From Catajapyx aquilonaris (taxonomy: Eukaryota): 64,000 nucleotides of DNA. The stretch spans positions 1-64,000 of the forward strand of contig JYFJ02001845.1 in the NCBI GenBank assembly GCA_000934665.2, in the 5' to 3' direction. Below are positions 10,643 to 23,200 of this stretch, piece by piece (position 1 is the stretch's first letter; every line of letters begins with the position of its first letter). A program made the position numbers and the translations under genes. The notes under the pieces are model-generated. The model was not told where the DNA came from. It made no database searches and worked only from the letters and a program-made list of their open reading frames with translations.

Positions 10643-13600
10643 CTGAAAAGGGAAGGAACAACGCAGCTATTTTAGAATCCAGAAGTGATCAATCTTCCTC
10701 CAAATGTCATGTTATCTCGTCACAAAATCTGGCATCTTGGCAACAATGTACATCCTAGAGCTAGTCATAGCTCGCTAGAACTTGTCCTCCGCTCATTAGG
10801 AAATCACCTTAATTAAATATAGGAAGAGAAGGGAGCCAGATAACGCTAATGGCTGGTGTGAGAGAAAGTGTGAGGATAAATGAAGACTTTGCCGGTATAT
10901 CGCCCTACCACTTGGCTCAGCCTAATTAATGAAGGAGAAGACTTTCCCATGCTCTTTACGAGCTCCTTGGATAGTTATCTGCGTCTTCTCAGCTCCCGGC
11001 ATCCAATGGCAAGAGTGGGCTTGAAGCACACTTGCCAACCTTTCCATATACAGACTATTAATATACCACACAAGGGGTCTAGAAACACTTGTGTGTTCAT
11101 CACGCGGTGTCGGAAAGGCCTACTCCGTCTCTAATGCGCCAATAACCGCCGCAATTAGGCCAGGCTGTAGCAGGGGAATAGTGGACAGTTTTGCTCCTTA
11201 ATAACATTTGAGCAATTAGCGTAATTGTCCTGACAATGCCGGGATGAATTTGTTAACCCGAGGCATTAAATGCGCAAACGAGGTCGGTTATTGTTATTAA
11301 GTGCGGAATATAGCGGCAGTGCAAACTTCCTCATAAATGTCGCGAGTGTCCACGCCGAGGAAATTTATGCCGGAGTCTTGTTTTCGCTCCCCGGCAGAAT
11401 ATGTACAGTAAGTACACTCTACTGTGCACTGGCAAAGTGCACACAGAGTCGTCAGATTTCGCCTACTTCTAGCTCAATTCGTTTCTCTCTTCGCTCCTTT
11501 CTTATCCTAATTAGCTTTGCCAACCATCGTTGCACTTGTTAATCAACACCTCCAACAAGCTAAATCTGCTTTACGCGGTGCTCAGGTAAGGAGGAAAACT
11601 ATGCATTCAAAATTTAATTAAACCAACAACCAGAGCTCTCATAGAGAGAGGAGTGGAAAGAGCAAGTCATGCTGAAATCCTAGGAATGTTTTCTTTTGGT
11701 AGACTGTGTGAGTGTCTGTCTTGATATCACCAAGAGCTAATAACTCTTGATATCACTGAGGGGACTATTAAAACTGTGCAGATGAGTCAGGTTTCCCCAT
11801 AGGACAATAAAACATTTCAACCGAAAGTGTGTACGAGGGCAAATTGAAACTTATTGAAATTAAAAAAAAATTAATAGCATATCATGCAGGAGTTATTGAA
11901 CAGAAATTTCAATTACATTGGCAAGATCATGAACTCTGTAGAAAATCAGATTCCCTCTGCAGATGTTCCTTCAACCTTTTTTGTTTATTGTTCATTTTTT
12001 ATGAAAACAGAATCATTGCTTTTCTTTCTATTTAATTTTATCTTATTTGTACGAGTAGAATCGGTATGTTCCTGATTGTTTTAGTGCAGCCAGTGTCCCC
12101 TATAAATGTTCAAAATTAAAGGTAAAAAAAACATTGTCGCAGTCAAATTAGTTGACCAGATTTGTTTGATGAAACAAGCCCAATAGTTACGTAACACGGT
12201 ATCACCTTGACACAGGCCCGGATATTCCAATGAAAATCAAGAAACCCATTTAAGTGTAAAATTCTACGCTTTGATGACACGTACAGTACGTTCGCTCCAA
12301 CAACGTATGTAATGCAAAAAAACGCCATAATTTTAAATGGCATAATTTTACACGTAAAGTCTGAAGTTATTACTACTTCGCCCCACACACAGGGAAACGT
12401 ACAAAGCGACACTCGCAGCTCAAAGTCATACAAAAGCCGGAGTCATAATGATCCCAATCCTCGCGGAAAATAATTGCAGCCAGGGCAAATCATTTCACCG
12501 TAAGAAACAAGTATGTGTCCACTCCACCGAAGCGAAAAGTGCGTTTTGAATTCCTCCGGTCCAGTGTCCTCTTTCATATTCCGGGACACAAATAATCTTT
12601 GCAACTGAACCGACCTGACCCGTAATCTCATCCTTCAGGTGAAGGGTTGGTTGGGTGGAATCTACCCTCCATCAAGAAAACTAATGAAACCCCCCCCTTC
12701 TCGTGCATCAGGTAAGGTTAATTAGAGTCCAAAAATAGCTCAGGTGCAAGGTGAAGGGTAAAATCCCCCCTGGTTGGGTTGGCAATCTTGGCAGCAGGAG
12801 GCATCATTCTAAGGGTATAGGAGGGGAAAAGGTGTGGGTTGGTCGGGTTGGTTGGAGTTCTTGGGTAGCTCGTGCCTGGCGTTATGAGAAGAGTTGCACC
12901 CCTTGCCGGCCCATCAAGATAGCGCCCTGAGGTTGCGGAGGGGATGCAAATGAAACGGGCCCCACTTGGCGAGGATTTGGCGCTGTCAAAGAGAGAGCCC
13001 CCCCCCCTCCTGCCTCCTCCTCCTCCTCTCAAAGTACCCCCCTCCTCTCCTTCTCTGCACAACCGCACACTGGAGCCCCGGATAACCATCTCCGGGACAA
13101 ACGGCCTCAGGGCTGCCTACACTAGCCCGGGTATCGCTTCCAGACCTGAAAACCAGCCAGATTTCTTCCTTCAAGCCAACTTGTCGAACGTTATCCGACT
13201 CGCTGTCAAGATTAGGCGTCGAATCAAAAATCGTGAACAGCATAGGGTGACATGTAGGTACACATTCAAGTATTTCTGTACAGTACTGGACATTACTGAC
13301 GGCAAAGGAGTATTTTCACTCCTTAAGACAGCCTTCATTTCATTTACGATCCAGTGAAGGTGGTCGTACGGAGGAAAAATGGGCGCCACCAGTACGACAC
13401 CGTTGATGCCCAGCACTGTACAGGAAGGGTCAATGTAACGTCAATTGCACATACACAATCATTTGATTGGGACGCTTCCTGTACATGTCGGAACTGATGT
13501 CGTAAAGAACAGCAGACGCAACCAGGCCTGTTCCGTCTCGGCGACTTTAATTGCAAATAACACCCGTTTTTACCCCTTGGTTTTCTGCCGGGATTTAATC

Positions 13601-16600
13601 CCGCTACACGTGGTGGCTCTGCAGTTGTAAATCTTTTATATCAGTTTTGCTGCCGACCACAAACATTCTCCTTAATCACAGCTCGGCAGCATTAATGTCA
13701 TTCTTTGGGGAATCAATCCAAAGCCTATTTGTCTCCACCAATTCCCCTGGAAACTCCATTTGCGGCTAACGAGGCAAATGGGCTCTGCTATTGATTACTT
13801 CTCGAATGACAATGGCTTCGGTAAAGCCACCGGGTCGTCATAGAAGCAAAGAATCGTCAAATCTCATGAATGCCACGGCCCTTTTGTCGACTCGATTACT
13901 GCATAACAACGCACTTTTTTTTGTATACATTCAACCTCCCTTTCCCCTTTCTGATGTCGCCGTTTCCAAATTGCGATCTGGAATTGGTACTGGATGTGGA
14001 ATAAAGGATATCTGTTAATCCGATTTAATGGGAGTGATTCCAAATCAACAAGAGCTGGTTTCGAAGGCGGCGTTGCCATTCTGATAATTGCAGCGGTTCG
14101 GCTCCTGAATGTGTCGGTATTGTGTCGTATTCTCAGAAGGTAGAAAGTACAAAAACTTCGACACTGAAGAGTACAATAACACATATGTTTCTCATAATTT
14201 TTGTTGAACAGTAATAATCTAGCTTCATTTCGCAAATTTTTAGATAGTGCGTGGGCTCATTTTCGTTGAAATTGTCAGCCTCTAAGTTGTCGCTTTTCAC
14301 GGCAGAACAACCTAACGTTTCATTTCTGGCGTGCGGCAAACTATGCCGGAAGCAAGTCTCTTTGATTTCCTTTTCAGTCCTCTCTTCATCTCCTATCTCT
14401 CCCCCTCCGCCCATCGTGTAACGCTCCGAGGGAAAGATGTTCGACCTAAATTGATTAGAAGTAAAGAAAAGTTGACATTGGACGACAGCCCTTCCTCCCT
14501 GTCACTTGATAATCTGGTGTTTGTCCCTCTCTTTTTCCCTTTGTGCGTTTGGGGGTTTGCTTAGTCTGCACCCTCGGCTTTTTTTCCATGGAAATAAAAA
14601 TAAGAGGATTGGGTAGGAAAGGAAAATTGAAAACGTGGGAAATACTTTTTTCCCTCCTTTCTTGGTTCTGCAAGAGAAAAAAGTCATTCCGGACGAAAAT
14701 TGTAGAAATGAAGCAGTAATAGCCATAGCCATTAATGCATCCATTCAAGAAAAATAATAGCTCTGGGATGAAAAAAGTATTCGGCTTTTATTCTCGAGCT
14801 GTAAAGCGTCAGGAGAGAAGTGTTCGTCTGATAATCTTACATCCCCCTGGCTTGCGCACATTACTTTCTAATAAAACACTGGATAACACAAACCCGAAGA
14901 GGAAGATCCGGGCCTTACTTTTTGACGTAAATATCCGTCTAAAATCTCAGAACAACACTTTGAATCCACTTATTTATTGCCGCCCGAACAATAGCCGTCT
15001 TAGTTTTCAGAGGAAGAATTTCCACATTTTCCGCTCCTGACTTTCCCCCTTTATGACATCATCCCAAGTTTATTATGAAAGGACCGGAGCTTCTTCCCCT
15101 TTTATTGATAATGCTGCTCTTTTAGAGGGCATTATATGATAGAAGCAGCTGACAGGGGAAGTATATATTGCTGGGTTAGTCGCAATTTGATTTCCAAAAT
15201 TTAACCCACTAAATATTGCCACTGTTTACCCATGGCAAAGAACTTCAAAGGGGGACTTGAAGCAATATCTCTCTGCAGAAGTACAAACTTTGAGTGCGAT
15301 ACTTGCACTGAGGCCATGCTATAATTATTTCCCTGCTCACATTTTCATTCTGCACAGCTAAAGATAGCACTTCTTTTTTTCTTTCTAGTCCTGAGGCCCT
15401 TCTCTCTCTGGGAGAGTGAGCGCGATGGGGTTTGCATCTTCCAGCCTCATTCCATCCACCATCCGGTGACACTCCTAATTTCATTTTAACTCCTTGTCTC
15501 TTGCGGAAATTAGTCTTGTCAGAATAATTATAGCGGCAGAGAGAGGCGCTGGGCTGAAGAACTTCCCTGAAGGACCTTGGTTTGTGCTCGGAAGAAAGGA
15601 GAGGAAGGTATTATCAAGTCAGTTGGCTATATGGGAAGGGGGGGTAGGACCCACCTCAAAGTCTCGTGCCAACTTGTCAAGAGTAGTTATCAAGTCGCAG
15701 TCAATAATGGGGACAGCAGAAACCAACCGAGGAGGCACTGATTTCAAAGGAGCGAGTCAATGAACGTGGTTTCAATAGTACTGTAGATAAGCGATGTGAA
15801 TTTTTATTTTCGACAAAATGGGATACACCTACGCTTCAGATTATTTTTATCCATTCAACTGTTGACATAACTTCCGCAGTGCGCCATTTCCATAAAAATA
15901 TTCTCAAAGATCTGCCCCCACAGAAATCAATCCTAATAAAAGTTCAATTACAGAAGCTCCATTTGGCCTCTGATAATGGCAGGAATATTCAAGAGAGACC
16001 CTGTATTTCAGTGGCCATGTTTCCACGGACAGATCCCTCAGGAAGAAAAAAAAACCCACTCTATTCTTTTAAACATAACCACATCATAAAACAGGGTTTA
16101 TCCAATCGAAAAACAAGAGAGGGTCTGCATTTCGCGGACTGTACCGGTGCTCAAATGATACTTGTCTGGCGGAGGAAGGTGAATGCTCAGGTTCCCAGGG
16201 AACACGCGAGGGATTCTCTTGCCACAAGATAATGAGAAATGTTTTTCTTCCATGGCACGCTGCCAGCGCTCATTACAACCATATTATAACAGCCATAGGG
16301 CACGAGGCCTATGCAATTTCATCCGTGGATCTTTTACCCCTCCCGACTCTCTCTGGCTTGCATTTGGTAACAATTACATCCGGAGATATTCATTACTAGC
16401 GGGACTCGTTGTCGAGTACGGTCTTTTCTTTGAGAAAAAAATGTACTGCCAAATGGGGATAAAATGTGGACATTTTTTTGGATGGTGCAACGAACTGGCC
16501 GGTTTTAGGGCGACATTACGATATACCGCAGTTGCGGAAAATTTTCCCGATCTTAATTTCTGGCTGGCTGACTAAGTGCACCAACCCCTGCCAATTATTT

Positions 16601-19600
16601 CAATCGCGTTCATTGCTTAACGATAGACGCCGCCCAACATTCCCAGACGGACAGAAATCACGTACATGTTTCCTATGGGTTGTAATTAAATCGACGGGAA
16701 AATTCATGGGGATCAGACGTGTTATTTCGGACGCAACACCCGCCCAACACGACTTTCTTCAGACACTACTGACGACCCCTATTACTTGATTAAGAAAACA
16801 TTTGGAAAAACCGTATCACTCGAGTTCATTAACCACACCCTACAGGAACCCCCACAAAAAATGCACAGTTCGAGAGAATCAAGGTTATTCACGTTAGGGA
16901 GGAAACTCCCAGAGCATGGCATGCTGCACGGTAATTTCAAATAAACAATCAATCCGCACGTGCAGGATTTTTGGGTTGGAAACGGAAAAAAAACTCCTGT
17001 AGTGTAGTTGCCATCAATTTTGAACAATGCAGGGTGTATGCCCGTTAATTTTCCAACATCCTGGACTATATGGTAGACACACACACACACCTTTCATGTG
17101 ATCAATATGCACCCCAGCGGATTACGGAAACCAGAACAGGGCATAGAACTCGACGCCAATACTGCGAGATAACCTTGGAGCCATTAAATCCCCTCGTGCC
17201 ATTCTAATTCTAATGACCGAAAATTGCCGGGTGTGGAAGAAGGGCCCGCACACCTCGTACAGCCAATGCGTGACTCCGAAAAGCGGAACAATTAGCCTAC
17301 ACACTTGGTACCGATCAAAGTGTGCTCCTGCATAGCAAGAATGCAATTCAATTGCGACACTGCTGTACTTCTGAATCAAGTTCTTCCACAAAACAGACAG
17401 AATGTCAATTCGGTCGGACAATATAATTATTATGACACACCCTGCACGAAGATGTCATCCTCGTTAGTAAAACATGTATCATCCTGATACACAATACGTG
17501 CAGCCCATTAGAGAGGGGGAGAGATACAATATAAACCTATCGGTTGGCCATCATGTCGGAAGATTTGGAGACAGGACTTTATCCCGCTGAAATCTGCATA
17601 ATATTTTAAGGTTATCCCTACACTGATTACTTTTCCAATGTCATTACTCCCCCACCGAGTATTGATATTTCGGAGGGATACGCTGACAAGTGATTTTATT
17701 ACCGCAGTGAAATATGGCTTCCCGAAACTCTCGCAGAACAAAAGAAAAATTGCACGCATTCTGAGCACGCATTTTTTTTCTTTTCCATAAAAAAATAAAA
17801 AAAAGGACAAGCGTTCCGCAATTCCTGTACACGACATCGCGTCTGATCGCGAGAGATGTTGACTGGCACCATCTCCACCTGCATTAATTACATCGCTCCC
17901 TCGAAAGAATAATGGGCCAGGACTGCCAACATGACCGATAAGCTCCCCTGTCCTGCATACTTCATTGTTTACGCGACAGAAAAAATCAAATTCGCGGAAC
18001 CCTTAGGCTGCTCTTCATCATCTCTTTGACACAACACGCGACTGCCACTTAATCATTCATTCCGCAACAAAGTGATTTTGAATTTTTGTTATCCCTCCCC
18101 TTCTTTCCCAAATATGATGCACACGTGTTGGTCCTGAGGGAATCAAAAATATGTTATGAAGTCCCGGCAGACTTTCGATTTCCTACTTGAGGGGAGGATG
18201 CTTTTCTCCTAACAGAAGGAGACGAATAGCAGAAGGATCTCACAAGTGCTGCACCTGCGATTAAAAATCGATAGTATTCAAGAGAGGAAGAAACCCGCCG
18301 AAATGTAATTGCGAGGATCCGGTTAAGGCTCTAGTCAAAAGGCCTATCGAGGGAGGGATTTGCTCCGGCTGAGGATTTTGGGAGGGTGGTAGAAATTGGG
18401 TAATTTTTGCGAGGTGCTTCCCCCCCTCTTCTTCCCCTATACTACTTTTCCACCACTAGGAATTCGAAACTTTATCCTCTTGGGAGGGCCCTTTTTTTCT
18501 CCTTTGTGTTGTATCCGAAAGTGAATTCTTTTTCCTAACCTTTTGCACAGTTCGACTAATTATAGCCTCGGTAAGCCAAAAGGCGCGAATCCCAACAAAG
18601 GTAATTGTTCTTTCCTTGTTCCTTGAGCTCACTCGGTTGCTGGAAATGGAAAATTAAGGAGGGGGTTCTCCCAGAGCAAGTCCTCAGAACAATCAACTGC
18701 TGTTTCCAGAAGGAAGAAAATTGATAGGAGCGATTCCATGGGTTGTTGACGTTATCGGAGTGGGACAAAGGATTTTACCGTCTTTGGCAAACTGCTAAAA
18801 TTAGCCTTGTCCGTGGCGACTGTATCGACGAATCATTTTTTATCAAGTAAGCCAGAAAATCCTATAGGGTCGAGACAAACACAAAAAAGGGACAGGGAAA
18901 ATACACCTAATTTACTGAACGTTGAGCACTGCCGCGTCTAGCTAAAACGGTCATAACTCAATTTTGAAGGTTTACTCCATTCCTCTCCACTTAATTAAAT
19001 AGAGAACTCGGTAAATCAAATCAGGAGCTTTAAATAGAGACGGCCGCATCGCTAGAAACCTAAGCACCGGAAGGACCGCCAGAGAGTTATTTGCGTTGCA
19101 TCTTACACAAATGAGTTCTCTTTTAGTGATCATCGTGTTTATATTAGGCAACTTTGTTTCCCCGTACATACGTCTGTACACATGTGTTATTCTACGAATA
19201 ATATTTAGGTTCACAGCATCAAGTTACAGCCAAGGCGACTTGCAGTGTTTGTCGCCTGCAACATAAATTCTCCTTACACGCCGCAAATTTGTTTGCCCCC
19301 CAAAACCGTTGAAACCCGAACCAAACGGTTCCAAAACCGCACAGTCTAGCAAATGCCCAAGACATATTTCCCAGTCCAGCAATCCATATTTTTTCATGCA
19401 CCCCCCCCCCCTCACACACAATATGTGCATTTAAAATTGGATTTTACTGGAGCGCGGACAGGTGAAACCGTAACACAGGGTTTGCATTTCCCTCATCAAA
19501 GCAGCCCCCCCCCCCCAAAAAAAAAAGTTCCTGCCCAAACCGGACCCAAACAGAAAGATATCCGGCAGCCTCTCGCCCAAAGTAATGGATTCCGCTCATT

Positions 19601-20040
19601 AGAGAGCAAGACCCCCACTAGCAAAGTAAGAATGACGGCAGAAGGAAAGAAAGATGATGCATGGGACCCAGAAAAGGAAGTCTGCAGATATCTCTTTTCT
19701 GACTCTCCAACTCCTCTCGCTCGCTGCATCTCTGCCCTTATACCCAGGCCACCATCCCCCAGATCATTCATCATCGTTAACCTCGCCCCTGATGCTAGAT
19801 CCAGGATTCCAGCCTATATTGATAGATTCATTTGCAAGGCACGAATTCCCCCCCACCCATCGGCCCTCACCATTGTTGCTGCCGGGCGGAGGGTAACGAC
19901 ACAAAAGGGGCGAGAGGCACGAGAATAATGCTCTGCGACAAAATGTGCTGGACCAAAGAATTTTGCCATTTTAGCATAGGGATGTTTACGATTGTTTTGG
20001 CACAGGTTGCGGCCTGAACGAAGAATTCCTGACAAAATAT

Positions 20041-20181
20041 AACCTAACCTAGCATAACCTGCCCTTACCTAGCCTACACTAGCCTAGCTTTACCGTACCT
20101 TCCCTATAGCGTATCCTAGCCCAACAGTCCTAACCGTACCTTACCTTGCCTTGCCTTACCTTGCCTTACCGAACCTAATCT
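20041..20181. repeat. Degenerate pentamer tract (AACCT/TACCT/TGCCT/AGCCT), TTAGG-like on the minus strand
   Basis: aacctaacctagcataacct...taccttaccttgccttgccttaccttgccttaccgaacctaatct shows 5-bp periodicity. Confidence 0.8.
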
Positions 20182-20209
20182 AAAAATAAGGACAATTTCT
20201 TTCGTAAGA

Positions 20210-20282
20210 CATTCGAAAAAATCAGAACCAACTTTGTTACATTATAATAATGTACCAAAGTTGGTTCTGATTTTTTCGAATG
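20210..20282. repeat. 73-bp near-perfect inverted repeat (35-bp arms, 1 mismatch, 3-nt loop)
   Basis: cattcgaaaaaatcagaaccaactttgttacatta-taa-taatgtaccaaagttggttctgattttttcgaatg; the only mismatch is 20237 with 20255. Confidence 0.95.
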
Positions 20283-23200
20283 GCGTGTTCACCTTGAGAG
20301 TCGGTAACTAAGCGTTCTCTCGGTACGGGCACAAGCTCACTCGCCTTTTCTTTATTACAGCAATAACATTAATGATGAGGAAGCGTTCAAAACTCCGGGC
20401 CCGAAATGATATCACTGCTTTCGTGGAATCTTCAAACAGGCGCGAATTGCCGCATCATCGATTCGGACCCTGCCAACGAGCACGAGCAACGTCGCTGCTG
20501 GGCTTGGTTCGCGTGCCATGAGCGACAAGGGTACAAAAAAACGGAGTGAAAAAGGAAAAAGAGAAAACTTGCAAAAATGAGGGGGGGAAAACTCACATGG
20601 TAAAAAGGTAAGCAGCTGCATGTTTTCCTACCTTCCTGTCACCATATTCAGATCCGTTTTCACCTCGTTTTGTTTCCAACCTCAAATCTGGCAGGCCGTC
20701 AGTCCAAAGGAGGCCTCATACCGAGTGAGAAGAATCCGGAACCTTTCCTCTCTTTTTTTAATTCTTAAAAGGTACGGTGTAAGCCTCTCGTGCGATGTCA
20801 CGATAACTCACTCCCACCTTCAACCGCCCAATCCGGACTCCCTAAGGAGTCCTTGTTAGTTACAACTTTCACCTGCCCTGTTCAATTTTTAGCGTCTTCC
20901 TTCATCCTAAGGTGCGACAACACGGATGGTCTCAGAGTGAATTCGTGCACAAAGAGAATTTTCCGGCCAATCAGTCATCAATGTGAGAGTCGAACCGCAC
21001 CCTTGCCCCCCAAACAATCGCTAAAATGTGCCAAGGTTGCAGCCAGTCGCCGAAACAACATGTAGCTGCTTTTAAGAACTGATAGTGAAATATTCGCTGG
21101 TATAATATCGGCATAAATATGAAAAACACGATATTAAACAAAATAACTGCAAACAAATAATTATAGATGCAATAGCAACTCAAGTTGGTGGCAGCATAAC
21201 TGCATTACAACTGCATTGAACATCGTGATTTTAAAAATTCAGTGCGCTGATTGAAACTTGTGTCTGCAAAACCACAGCGTTGCGGTTCACAGATTTTCGC
21301 AAATTGAACTCCTCCCTCCCATAGCAACTTCTAACCTGGCACAATTTTCCTTGATGCCTCAGCACACCGGAAAGTAATTTCCAAACTTCTATTGTTCGCA
21401 GTGAAGGAACCACAAGGTGTAAAACTTTGACCTGTAGCTCCTTTTTCTAGGGGAAAAAACAGTGCTTGTTCTTCCTTTCTGGCTAGGTTTTTGGCATTAA
21501 CTCGCACATGTTGGGACGCGCCAAAAACCAGCTTGCTTTCTTCTTAAACCCGGGCCACAGCATCGATCAACCGCAAGCAGAGATTCCGAGTCGTCGTAGG
21601 AACACAACCTTTTATGTCTCAGATGGGAAATCGCTGCCCGCGGAGAAACATCCCTTTTGTCTTAGCCCCTTCGTCGTAATCCAACAGGACGAGCAACGTC
21701 GCTTGCATATCACAAACCTTACCCTGGCTGCCATCTCCCCTGGAGCCAGCTCCGGGAGAGAGAACAATCTACGGGATCCTTTGGGATACGGGGTGTCTCT
21801 AGGCTAGAAACGAATCCGGACCATCTTGTGTCTTTTCGCCGAGGTAAAACATTTACTGTAAGCAGTGGCCTGGAGGGAAGGCTCTTTTCTTATATCCTGC
21901 TTTCCTTATTTTTTCGTCCATATGGAGTCCAGGGGTTTTTTTGATTGGAAACCTGCGGGATGACATGTCGGGAATTCCGGCGAACAATTGCGGGCCGGAT
22001 GCTGCATCGGTGCACAGATTTTCATCTGTGGAATTCAGGGTCCGAGTTTTTTTGCGAGAATTTTGCGCATTTATGGCGTTCATTCAGTTACGTATGACTG
22101 CTACATTCTAGACAAAACCAGGTTTCCAGGGAGTCACTGCTGGTATTCAGGGCTTGATGAAAGAATTCTCTGAAATTGAAGCGGACTTCTTACCCAGCCT
22201 GTCCATGTTTGTTAGTAACCTTTACTCTAAATTGAACATTTCCTATAACATTGCATTTCAGGCTGCCTGTATACTATTGGGAATTCATTGCTGAAATTCC
22301 CAGTATGTTATTATAGTAATGTTCAGGCGTGATTTTCCATGCCTAAGGCTTTTCCATCTTGATTGCCGCGGTCAATTGTTATCCGCAAGTTTCGTCTCGT
22401 GCCTGTGTTTTTGAAAGGAATGCCCCTGCAGTTCCCAATACTTAAAAAATGAACGGCATTTCAATTTTGCGCGGCCAAACACTGCAAGCGGCATTTGAAA
22501 CTTTCCCGAACGGCAGCAGCTTGTTATTTGTATTTTTTTATTATTATTTTACCGCCCGCCGGTTATTCCATCGCACATGATTCCAGTTTGTTGCAACTGA
22601 CATTCGGTTAAACAAACGTCGTACTCGTTAATTGAATCACCCCAGCCGCATTTACTCCAAAGTAACCAGTTGGCCTCCACCAATCCAATAAATTATTTCG
22701 CAAACGGAGGTGAGGCTTCCTTGGTTTTTTTTGAGCCAGAAAAAGGAATCTTCTTCCAGCTACAAAAGACCTTCTGGCCCCATATATTCCCCTAGACCCC
22801 TCCGAGTGAAATATTCACTCCGCTAAAATAGAGCTTCCGCAATCGAAGTCTGCCTTGGCATTCCATTAATCTCGGTTTGCCCCGCAGTGTGGTTTGGTAC
22901 ACCCTGGCGGGGGTCGTCTGATGGGTTGGGTAAGGGATAAGCCTAGATCAAGGCCTTGGCAATGTGAAAAGCACGGGGCGACGTTTCGATCGCCGATAAT
23001 TTTCAAACTGCATGACTGCTAGAAGCTTGGGGCATGCCGTGTTATCAACAAGTTCAACCGGGGGGACTGCCATTCACAAATTTTTTCGACAATTGGACTA
23101 ATGATCGTGGGTAAACTCTGGGAGCGACCGATCAACAGGGCAAAAACATACATATGTCAAAAGGGGCCGTGTTTGAACAGTCGGCTCGCAGCTTAGGACA

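Noticed and set aside
11832..11860. tacgagggcaaattgaaa, resembling a mariner TIR start
   Set aside because: No matching inverted end nearby and no transposase remnant.
12944..13357. Proline-rich 137-aa ORF (+)
   Set aside because: The poly-Pro derives from a (CCT)n/C-rich tract; no family similarity that I recognise.
19353..19928. Longest ORF in the window (191 aa, +)
   Set aside because: No recognisable domain; the Pro and Lys runs come from C and A homopolymers. Consistent with a chance ORF.
20597..20621. ATG...phase-1 donor (MQLLTFLP|gtgagt) as the DIP first exon
   Set aside because: The phase fits, but 8 codons is too short for a signal peptide and there is an in-frame stop just upstream.
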